Below, piece by piece: positions 1 through 10,121 of a DNA stretch of 64,000 bases; the first letter of the stretch is position 1, and each line of letters opens with the position of its first letter. The notes below the pieces were generated by a model. The model ran no database searches, was not told the origin of the DNA, and saw nothing but the letters and a program-made list of their open reading frames with translations. Both the position numbers and the translations under genes were made by a program. This DNA comes from Heptranchias perlo. Taxonomy: Eukaryota. The stretch covers positions 3,906,001 to 3,970,000 of the forward strand of contig NC_090340.1 of NCBI RefSeq assembly GCF_035084215.1. The letters are read 5' to 3'.

Positions 1-195
1 GATGAAGCAGCTGAAGGTGTTTTGGAATTGGACACTGCCCTGAGGAACTCCTGCAGCAATGTCCTTGGGCTGAGATGATTGGCCTCCAACAACCACTAAC
101 ATCGTTCTTTGTGCTAGGTATGACTCCAGCCACCGGAGCATTTTTCCCATTGATTCACATTGATTTCAATTTTACTAGGTCTCCTTCGTGCCAAA
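1..195 (-). mobile_element. Fragment of CR1/L2-group LINE 'family B' RT region
   Basis: Reverse complement matches the QDIAAGVPQGSVLGPTIFSCFI-encoding segment of the family B copies at 34140-34210 and 48705-48775. Confidence 0.7.
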
Positions 196-306
196 ATTGT
201 TCCAACTAATTATCTATTGAAAGTTGGTTGTGCTCCCATCACCCTTTTTGACAGCATATTCCAGATCATAACAATTTGTTGCGCAAAACAAATCCTTCTC
301 ATCTCT

Positions 307-780
307 TGTAAGAATGTATCGACCTGACAACAGCTCGTTATGGTAATCATTTTTTATTTAAATAAGAGCAAGGATTAATACATGCACGCGCATAAGCAGG
401 TAATTATCAATGAACAAGGAATCATATTACCCGGTTGTCCTCTGGATAGTGATCGTCAACCGATCACTGCCTCGAACCCTGCCTTCTACCTTCATGCTCA
501 GCTGCTTTACTCCTCGACAACTAAATGTTGATTTGTTCTGGAATTTCTGGAATAATAATTCTTAAACTCACCCTAGGTGCTTGATGTGGTTCGGGGACCG
601 TCTGTCTGCTCGTCTCTTTTTTTGCATTTTCTTGGCTAGTCTCCAATATTAGCACATTTTAGCAGACATAGGATGTCTTCCACGCACTATGCGGAATGGG
701 GCTGACCTGTCTGCTAGTCCATGTTTTTCCACTGTCCTGGCAAAACGCCAATATTAGCACATCCTTTTCTGACAACGACC
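307..780 (-). repeat. Putative 3' LTR of the ERV
   Basis: Lies just after env. The minus strand ends ...TTCTTACA at 307, has AATAAA near 355 and a TATA-like GTAAAGCAGCTG near 500-510. An internal ~105-bp imperfect direct repeat (about 602-659 / 708-762) fits U3. The upstream boundary is uncertain. Confidence 0.45.
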
Positions 781-879
781 TTAGAATGTGATTAATTGTT
801 CTTGAAAACAATTTTAAATGCTTCATCTTTCTAATTTACAGCCTGCCCGTGGTGGAAAAATTCTGAGTCTCCGTTAGAA

Positions 880-3100
880 AAATGCCAACTGCTGGATACA
901 CTCCCAACCAAAGAGTAACTTCCACCAATGGTGCTTCGTTCGGGTCTTAACTCGTTCAAGAACCTTCGCGATCTGTATTCCACCCTGATGGACATTTGTG
1001 GTAATTACCATAGCATCACTTTCTACTGTATGCAATAGTTTAATTAACTCCTTATACTGTAAAAGTTATTGCACCAGTGCCAGGCTCATTCCCAATACTA
1101 CAAGTTCTCTGTGTCTATACAAAGTATAATTTCCATGTCCCTGATGGCGTAGCCATTTTAATATTACATTCCCGCATCGTTGTAACATTGCAAATACATA
1201 CATTATTCCAGTTCGGGAATTCTATGAACACTTCTTTAATAGTTATGTTGGGACAAGTCGTACGTACATACATTCACCCCTTTCCTATTACACGACTTTA
1301 GTTTCTCTTCTCCCATCAGATTTAAGATCAAAATGACACTTGTTTCTCGTCCCTTCTTGGGTTTAAACAAGGATCACTATTCTCAAGTTTACTTCCTTCA
1401 CAAACAAATCCAAGACCTCCTTCCTGTATGCATGCCTCCACTGACATAAATTCCCATCGTCCATCTGTCCCTTTAGTTGCGACTGAGCGAAGATCAGTTG
1501 GCATTACGAGTGTCGTATTTTGCTCTAATCTTAGACTTATTGTAGCATAAATGGAGAGGCAGGTCGCATTGTTCAAATTTAGTACATACCCAACATCATA
1601 TGGAAAGTTTACTATATGCCAACAATTCTGCCATTTATGTTCAAACTCTGAAGAGGTATCCCATCTTATCTTTTTGCATCTTTGGGTATATCATTCTTTT
1701 GCCCCATCCCTTTTCATTCCCATGCCCACAGTTTGTAGCCACGCTTGGCCTATTATGTGGAAATTGCTAAGAATGCATTCTCCTGTTCCATCCCTCGTGC
1801 TTCCAGGAGGAACAAATGATATTTTTCATTCCCGTGATTCCAATAAAGGAACAGGTGCGCTTGCATCCACTCACCCATTGCCATTTTCTCCAAACAGGTT
1901 ACCAGAGGTTTACCCATACCCCTTACTGAGTGACGTAATTTATTCGTCAATGTTTCCACATTCATACTATTCAAAACACTTACCGCAGCACCTGTTCCTC
2001 CAAATACTCTACCCAGAATATCACGTTGACAACATGTATGCGATTTTTAAGATTGATATGGCAGCGTAAGCAACCTATTATTCTAACCTGAATTTAGTAT
2101 TTTAATGAAGGGGGCGCACTTCGGTTTTATTGAGGAGATATTAATTCATTTTTGGGATATTACAATTTTCTTCAGGATACTACTTGGATTCTCCTTTGAT
2201 CCTTGTGGCGTATTTGGTCCTACTACATATGGACACACCCATGTTACATTTGGAGTCATTGTTGGTAAACGGGAAATTTCTCCGTAAAAAATGGACGGTC
2301 CATAAATAGTCCAAATCCCTCCCATTTCTGGTCTCATGCGGGTCTGATTTCCACCTTTACACCACACTATTAAGTGCACTTGTTGTGTGTTGTTACACCA
2401 TCCATAATCACATTTATACCAGGGCCACGAGGTAACCATTTATGCCTGGAAGCATTACCGAATCTATTTTGTACAATTTAAACTAAAGGCCAGAAACTTA
2501 CCATGTGGATTCACTATCGTGATGTTGTAATTTGGCCCATTTAATTTATTTGGTCCTACTTGACTATATCGTACTTCTTTATTAAGGTCTTTATCGAGTT
2601 TTGCATATAAGGGGTTATTCCATGTTATAAAATGACATTTATAACCTACGGCTACCCAAATGTCAATCAATTGTCCACATATTTTCAAGTGTCATCTCCC
2701 AACAATCTCGCATCGTTTACAGTAGCTATACCCTCGCACCAGTAGACTGCTAAGCTATGGTGTTTGCAATTGTTGGGTCAAGGACCAGTCCAGAACCGAT
2801 TGTGACTCTACCTGACGTCCGTTGCTTTTCTCCGAAGGCAGGGGCATATTACCATGACAGGTCCAAATTATAAAGGTGTTTTGCACTTCGTTACCTCTCA
2901 ACGTTATTCCACCTACCCCGGGTAAGCATCTTGTCTCTAAATGATGATGATCGCCTGGGTGGTGTTGGTCTCAAAACTATGCGGTGCCACATTAGGCCAG
3001 AAGGACATATTGAGTCTCCCGTACCCAACCATGCGTCATAGGCCATAGACTCATGAATAACCGTAACATCTTAATTCGTGCGGCTAACTTGCTCTCTGTA
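880..3100 (-). pseudogene. env: ERV env remnant (class I fusion protein, lokiretrovirus-type)
   Basis: T-C-C-Q-R|DILGRVFGGTGAAVSVLNSMNVETLTNKL (TGT TGT read as CpG-decayed CGT CGT, giving furin site RRQR at 2023-2034); Cys-rich VEACIQEGGLGFVCEGS...DPCL; a heptad-like region ending ERVKTRTKHHWWKLLFGW near 905-960. Confidence 0.7.
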
Positions 3101-3120
3101 ATGTAAAGCACAGTGTCAGA

Positions 3121-4330
3121 TTATCGTACAGTTTTATCTACTGCTGCTATCGATTTGAGCTGGTTAATATGGTACAATTCAATTACCTTTTCATTTCCTT
3201 TTCCTGTATACTGTATTAAGTACAGATCCAGATTTGCTCTGTATACTATGGGGAAGAGTCTTTTCCATTTACGCTCAAATACGTGTTCTCGTTTCGCATA
3301 ATTCAGAACCATAACTAAATCTCCTACCTAATTCAGAGGGTTTTACTTCTTTGTGGAAGTACATTTTAACCTGATTATTAGAAATCCCAATGTTACTTGC
3401 CGCAAGTCGGTTAGTTTCGTTTACATATTTCACCGTCTGAATTAACAATTTCCTTCCGATCATTCCCAACAACAAGAGTTGCAGTGGGCACTAAAATGGG
3501 TCTTGGTATGAGCATTAGTCTACCCGTCATGGTGAGATACCTATAATGGCAGGAGGGATTGATCGAATTTCTATAAGACACATAGGCAGCATGTTCATCC
3601 ATTGAGTGAGGTGATCTGCACGAAACGTCTTTAACATAGTTTTTAATGTCCGATTTGTTCTTTCGACCTCACGCGACGATTGTGGGCGATGTGAGATGTT
3701 CAGTTTGTGCTCTGTTTTCATGAGCTTTTGGAGTTCAGTAAAGATGTTGTCTGTGAAATGTGATCCTTGATCATTATCTATTATATCCGTACTCCGCACT
3801 TGCAGACCAACGCACTCAACAATATTCTAGCTGCAATAATAACGGTGTTGGTCTTACATGGTAATAATTCCATCCACTTTGTGAATTTCTAAATAATGAC
3901 CAAACAATGCAAGCATCCTGAAGGCGCCTGGTATAAAGGACCAATGAAATGAATCTGTAAATGCGTCCAATGTCCTTCGGGTGACGGGGGTGGTGGGGGG
4001 TGGTGGGGGGTGGGGGGTGGGGGGGGTGGTTGCGTGTACCTCGAAGAAAAGCACGATTGATGTGTAAGGCTGGAATGTGTTGTGGGCATACTAAACATCT
4101 CGCTGCACGGTGAATGAAATCCTCTTTGCATTCAGGCCACCGTGCAATTTTTTGGATTTAATGCGCTGTGGTCACTGCAGAAAAATGCACCCCCGGCATG
4201 ACCTTGGAACATGTCAAAGAATCCTTCAGCCATAGTAGGGGGAATACACACAATTGGGAAATATTTGGCCTTGGATTGATACACGAGTATCGCCAAGCGT
4301 GGTTTCGTGAGACCATGGTGTGGGTTGAGA
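3121..4330 (-). pseudogene. pol: ERV integrase remnant
   Basis: ORFs 3889-4131, 3527-3799, 3275-3475 and 3121-3312 are frameshifted pieces of the HHCC, DDE core and C-terminal (KWKRLFPIV...YHINQLK) regions. Confidence 0.85.
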
Positions 4331-4404
4331 TAGTAGTTTATTTTCTTGGTGCCAAACCATGGTTTGCTCATTCAATGACTTGGACATTTGTAGGATGTGT
4401 TAGT

Positions 4405-4528
4405 CACACGGACTGCAGCGGTTCAAAAAGGTGGCTCATCACCACATTCTCAAGGGCAATTGGGGATGGGCAATAAATGCTGGCCTCGCCAGCGACACCC
4501 ACATCCCATGAACGAATACAAAAAAAAA
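4405..4528 (+). mobile_element. 3' tail of family B LINE (or partner SINE) inserted in ERV pol
   Basis: GGACTGCAGCGGTTC...GGGCAATAAATGCTGGCCTCGCCAGCGAC...CCCATGAACGAAT plus A-run, same terminus as 35020-35130 and 49585-49690. Confidence 0.85.
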
Positions 4529-4529
4529 C

Positions 4530-4990
4530 TTGACGGATATGACTAGCTATGGCACAGATACGGCCATTGGAAAATGGACCAAAATGATACCCGGTGTGGG
4601 CGGCCTTTTCCGCAGCCTTGTTGGCTTGGTAATTACCGACTGAATGTTGATCGGTTCCTTTGGTGTGGGCCTTTACCTTACCTATGAAGCGCGACTGTCT
4701 TCTATCTCTTTATGCGTTCCACAACATTCTAAATACATCACCATGTACTCGCAATTTTGTTTCAGATGTGTGGTAGCTATTCTTGCAATACGGAGGAAGT
4801 GACAAATATAGCAATGATAGTGCCGATTGATGTGCTGTTTTGCAGCACATCCTTTTCATCCGATCATAAAAGCAAATGGAAACATTCTAGTGCTGTCAAA
4901 AGCCAAAAAGTGCAATTTGCAGATTTTGTCGGTAAACTGCAGAATCGCTACTGCTCTTTACAGCCAATAACAAAATAAACCAGTCCTTCT
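4530..4990 (-). pseudogene. pol: ERV RNase H remnant
   Basis: Minus-strand pieces CSLPTKSA..., HGDVFRMLW, IGKVKAHTKGTDQHSVGNYQANKAAEKAA match the retroviral RNase H C-terminal motifs. Confidence 0.65.
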
Positions 4991-5440
4991 CTCAGATAGA
5001 GCATGTCAATTCAATACTAAGCTCAGCTCATCCATTAGCTCCGGTTCGGTAACAAATGTGCAGCAACGGACTTCAGCCATCGCTGATACATTACTTGACA
5101 CGCCTTCTGTGACCCAGGCAATGTCGTGGCTGATGAGGGTTATTGAGCAAAATGAAATATTCGCCATGGCTTTCTCAGGAGTTCCCGCCGATGTTTTGCC
5201 CGTGTTGCGGCGGGAGTTGGGAGGAAACGCTGCCGAAATTCAAGGACAATTAATTGACACCAACGCTGAAGAACGGCTTTTTCTGCTACACCAATTAACT
5301 ATACAGGACCGTAATTTACAATAAATAACAAAAAGGTTTTATTTTACGTCTACGCACATTAACCCGATGTATGAGGCAAGTATTTCGTTAAATTTACATT
5401 GCTGATTCGTGTCAGTTGCTAACTTAGCCTTGGGACGATC

Positions 5441-6430
5441 CTAGAATCATAGAATGAAAGAATCGTATTAGCACAGAAGGAGGCTATCCAGCCCATCGAG
5501 TCCTTGTCGTCTCTTTGTAAGAGCAAACCAGTTACTCCCATTAACGCGCTCTTCCCCTTCGCAATGCATTTTTTTTCCCTTCATATATTTATCCAATTCC
5601 GTTTGGGAAGCCACGATTGAAGCCGCTCCCAACATCCTTTCTGGCAATGAATTCCTGATCATAACTACTCCCTGCGTAAAAACGTTTTTCTTCAAGTCGG
5701 CTTTGGTTCTTTTGCCAATAACCTTAAATCTGTGACCTCTGGTTTGCGACACTTCCACCAATGGGAACAGTTTATCTTTATTTACTTTATCTAAAACCTT
5801 CATGATGTTGAATACTTCTATCAAATCTACTCTCAACCTGCTCTGCTCCAAGGAGAACAACCCCAGCTTCTCCAGTCTATCCACGTAACTGAAATCCCAC
5901 GTCTCTGGAACCATTCCAGTTAATCTTTTATGCGCCCTCTCTGAGGGCTTCAAATCCTTCCTTAAGTCTGGTGCCCAGAATTGGACACAATTCTCCAGTT
6001 GTGGCCGAACCAGTGTTTTGATCATCATAACTTCCTTGCATTTCTACTCTGTGCCTCTATTTTGAAGCTCAGGTTCCCGTATGCTTTTTAAATCGCTTTC
6101 TCAACCTGCCCTGTCACTTTCAAAGATTTGTGCACATGTATCCCCAAGTATCTCTGTTTCTGCACCCACTTTAGAATGGTACCATTTAGTTTGTAGTGCA
6201 TCCCCTCATTCTTCCTGGCAAAATGTATCACTTCGCACTTTTCTGCATTAAACTTCATCTGCCATGTGTCTGCCAGCCTGTCTATTTCCTCTTGAAGTCT
6301 ATTACTATCCTACTCTTTGTTTACTACACTTCCATGTTTTGTGTTATCTGCAAATTTTGAAATTGTGCCCTGTGCACCCAAGATCAAGATATTATAATAT
6401 ATCAAAAACGCAACGGTCCTATTCCCGACA
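5441..6430 (-). mobile_element. 5'-truncated CR1 LINE
   Basis: ORF 5468-6028 (KTLVRPQLENCVQFWAP...TRGHRFK); TAGAATCATAGAAT 3' microsatellite at 5441. Confidence 0.9.
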
Positions 6431-6789
6431 CTTGGGAACCTTCTTCTTCGTGAGACGGTCAACATTGCAATTTATCATTGACAGCGAATTGTAAATGGAA
6501 ATTCTCCACGAAATGGTATTTAAATTTAAATGTTGCCCAGGGGAACCTGTTGATCCAATGGATAGAATTTTCACCAATGTTTCGCTGAAGATATTGCGGG
6601 AGTTCAGGAAACAGAAATTGCGATAAAGCTACGCATTTTCACGTTGGGTTATAGGCTAAAGGGGTAATTTCAACTTCTGGTGATAGCTTACACAGGTTAA
6701 CACTGTTCTTCAACGGCGGACCAAGTAATTTTCGAGAAACAGTTTAAGTGACTCAATTTGAGAAATCCGCACCTCAATTTTACTTCATA

Positions 6790-8350
6790 GGTACATCGAA
6801 ACAATAATAGCCTATTTAGCCTCTCCAGTCTCTTCCAACATTCAATGAATTCATGGCAGATCTGTATCCTGACTCCATGCATCCTCTTTGGCTCTATAAA
6901 CTTTAATACCCTTGGCTAGAAAAAAATTATCGATATCAGATTAAAAATAATTTAAAATATCTGCTGCGTTCTGTGCAAGAGAGTTCTACAATTCGACAAC
7001 ACATTGCGTGAAAAAGTGTTTCATAACTTCTCTCCTGAATGGCTTGTCTCTGATTTTAAGATGATGTCCCGATGCCCTGGACTCCCCCAACAGCAGAAAA
7101 CATTTATCTCCATCTACCCTATCAACTTTTTCGAAATCATAAAAACTTGAATGAAATCACTTAAACTTCTGTATTCCAGGGAATACAAGACTAATTTATG
7201 CAATCCCTCCTCCTAATCAAACACTTGGAGCACTGGCAACATTCTGGTGAATGTACACCACACTCCTTCCAAGGCCAATATATCCTTTCTAAGTTGCAGT
7301 GCCCAGAACTGTACACAGTACTCCAGAGGTGGACTAGTAAGGACTTTGTATACCTGTAGCAATAATTCCTCACTGTTATATTCTAGCCTTCCAGTTATAA
7401 AGGCTAACATTCCATTCGCCTTTTTGATGTTTTTTTGTGCCTGGCTACGACATTTCAGTGATCTGTGTAAATGGGCCCCTAAATCTCTCTGGACCTCCAC
7501 TGTTCCTAACTTTTCACGGTTTGAAAAACGCTTGGATCTCTCGTTTTTTGGTCGAAAATAGATGACCTCACACATTCCTGCATTGAAATCCATACGCCAC
7601 AGTTTTATCCACTAAGTTAAACTGTCAATGTTTCTTTGTAATTTTATGCTCCCGTCCACACTATTTACTATGCCAACAATGTGTCATTGTGTCATCAGCA
7701 AACGTGGATATATTTATCTCAATTTTGTTATCAAAGTCATTGATAAATGCAGTGAATAGTTGAGGCCGCAGCACAGATCATTGTGGGAAACCACCAGTCA
7801 CTTCCTTCCAATTCGAGTACTTGGCATTATCCCTACACTCTATCTTCTACTGCCTAACCAATCTCCTAACCAGGTCAATAATTCGTTTTCAATTCCATGA
7901 GCTTTCATGTGAGCTAACAGTCTTTTATGTGAAACCTTTTCAAATTCCTTCTGGAAGTCCATATAAACTACTTCCATACAAAGCCATGTCTCTACTACAT
8001 TAGTCACTTCCTCAAAAAGTTCAACTAGGTTCCTTAGACATGAGCTACTCTTTACAAATACATATTAGATCTCTCTAATCAGCTCAAATTTCTCTAAGTG
8101 CTTAGTCACCCTGTACTTAATTATAGATTACAATAACTTCCCCTCAACAGATGTTAGACTAAGCGTTATATACTTTCCTGGTTTCTCTCTCACAGCTTTC
8201 TTAAATGATGGAATTACATTTGCAAATTTCCAATCGGAAGTCACAATTCTCGAATAGAGAGAGCTTTCGAAGATTATGGCCAAAGCATATGAATTTCATC
8301 ACTTACTTTCTTTAAAACTCAGGCTTGAAAACCCTAAGGTCCTGGTGAGT
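6790..8350 (-). mobile_element. Decayed CR1 LINE fragment
   Basis: ORF 7213-7593 (QRDLGAHLHRSLK...LEYCVQFW). Confidence 0.85.
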
Positions 8351-8402
8351 TGTCCAATAGTTCATTTAGTGCTCCAGAAATCCGATTAATATTATTATTT
8401 GT

Positions 8403-9284
8403 TTTATTCGTTCATGGGATGTGGGCGTCGCTGGCGAGGCCGGCGTTTATTGCCCATCCCTAATTGACCTCGAGAAGGTAGTGGTGAGCCGCCTTCTCGA
8501 ACCGCTGCAGTCCGTGTGGTGACGGTTCTCCCACAGTGCTGTTAGGAAGGGAGTTCCAGGAATTTGACCCAGCGACGATGAAGGAACGGCGATATATTTC
8601 CAAGTCGGGATGGTGTGTGACTTGGAGGGGAACGTGCAGGTGGTGTTGTTCCCATGTGCCTGCTGCTCTTGTCTTTCTAAGTGGTAGAGGTCGCGGGTTT
8701 GGAAGGTGCTGTCGAAGAAGCCTGGGGGAGTTGCTGCAGTGCATCTTGTGGATGGTACAGACTGCAGCCACAGTGCGCCGGTGGTGAAGGGAGTGAAAGT
8801 TTAGGGTGGTGGAAGGGGGGCCAATCAAGCGGGCTGCATTATCTTGGATGGTGTCGAGTTTCTTGAGTGTTGTTGGAGCTGCACTCATCCAAGCAAGTGG
8901 AGAGTATTCCATCACACTCCTGACTTGTGCCTTGTAGATGGTGGAAAGGCTTTGGGGAGTCAGGAGGTGAGTCACTCGCCGCAGAATACCCAGCCTCTGA
9001 CCTGCTCTCGTAGCCACAGTATTTATATGGCTGGTCCAGCTAAGTTTCTGGTCAATGGTGACCGCCAGGATTTTGATGGTGGGGGATTCGGCGATGGTAA
9101 TGCCGTTGAATGTCAATGGAAGGTGGTTAGACTCTCTCTTGTTGGAGATAGCCATTGCCTGGCACTTATCTGGCGCGAATGTTACTTGCCACTTATGAGC
9201 CCAAGCCTGGATGTCGTCCAGGTCTTGATGCATGCGGGCTCGGAGTGCTTCATTATTTGAGGGGTTGCGAATGGAACTGAACAC
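8403..9284 (-). mobile_element. 5'-truncated family B LINE (CR1/L2 group)
   Basis: ORF 8460-9284 (QDLDDIQAWAHKWQVTFAPDKC...) and the family 3' terminus at about 8403. Confidence 0.9.
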
Positions 9285-9942
9285 TTATAGGCCAAGCCTC
9301 ATGTCTTAGCGGGCTGATTCTCCAGGCGTGGGGCATCTCACACTCGCACTGCTTGTCTCCAGTTATCTCTCGATTAAATTCGGAAATTGGCTGACGAGCT
9401 GTGTTGCCAATTTAGCCTTAACCTGATGTAAGTGTAGCTGCAGAGCTCGTAAAAAAATGATTAACTTCCATAGTCCATATACGGCCCATAAATTTGTAAT
9501 AATAACCCGAGGATAAATTTGAAACTCGACACATTTATTAAAACTACATTCAATTGCCTCCTCTACCACAATCTGTTCGGGCCAGCAGATCAGGTAGTTT
9601 TGACACCATCCAAGAAACTATGGGACTTCCTCCCGTCCAAAATAGTACCTGTTACACGAATGAACCCGATGATTGAATCTTTGGCACTGAAGCAATCCTC
9701 TTCAGCTCAACCATGCAAACATTAAACAGATTCTTCAGAATCAAAAATAGTAAAGACTTGCAATATTCGTACTTCGTGGCTGGCGAAGAGCTCATGTATA
9801 ATTTTAATAAACTCCCCCTACTTTTGCTGTAACTACAGCTTCCTAGTTCCTGTTACCGATTCTGATCACAGCTGCACCCGCAAATCTTACTCTAAGGGGC
9901 ATGTTTTTCTCCACTGTACACCACTCCGCAACAAAACAGTAA

Positions 9943-9959
9943 TGTGGTATTTGACGTCA
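9943..9959 (+). promoter_or_regulatory. RUNX-like (TGTGGT) and palindromic CRE (TGACGTCA) about 110 bp upstream of gene 1 ATG
   Basis: Exact motifs at 9943-9948 and 9952-9959. Function is inferred from position only. Confidence 0.35.
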
Positions 9960-10066
9960 CAGATAATAATGAAATTATATTAGATACACAGCCGCCCATT
10001 CATCAATTTTTCATCCATTCAGTTCTCAGTCACAAAGGATGATATACTGTACTTTCAGTACACGAT

Positions 10067-10121
10067 ATGTCTATGAGTTTGTCACTTTGGAGCATTTGTT
10101 CCTTGGGCATATTCTATCAAG
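10067..10121 (+). CDS. Gene 1 exon 1, signal peptide MSMSLSLWSICSLGIFYQ
   Basis: 55 nt, the same length and phase as the gene 2 and gene 3 leader exons; donor is AAG|GCAGGC (GC-AG intron). Confidence 0.6.

Larger units (their letters stand above)
307..4990 (-). mobile_element. Decayed endogenous retrovirus (lokiretrovirus-like): RNase H, integrase, env, 3' LTR
   Basis: The minus strand gives, in retroviral order, RNase H (KVKAHTKG...GNYQANKAA), integrase (RCLVC zinc finger, GHWTHLQIHFIGPL, DNDQGSHFT, PQSSREVERTNRTLK), env (furin site plus fusion peptide) and an LTR-like end. Many frameshifts and stops. Confidence 0.8.

Noticed and set aside
3985-4030. G-rich tract / proline-rich ORFs
   Set aside because: Low-complexity expansion inside the dead integrase; G4-capable but nothing suggests function.
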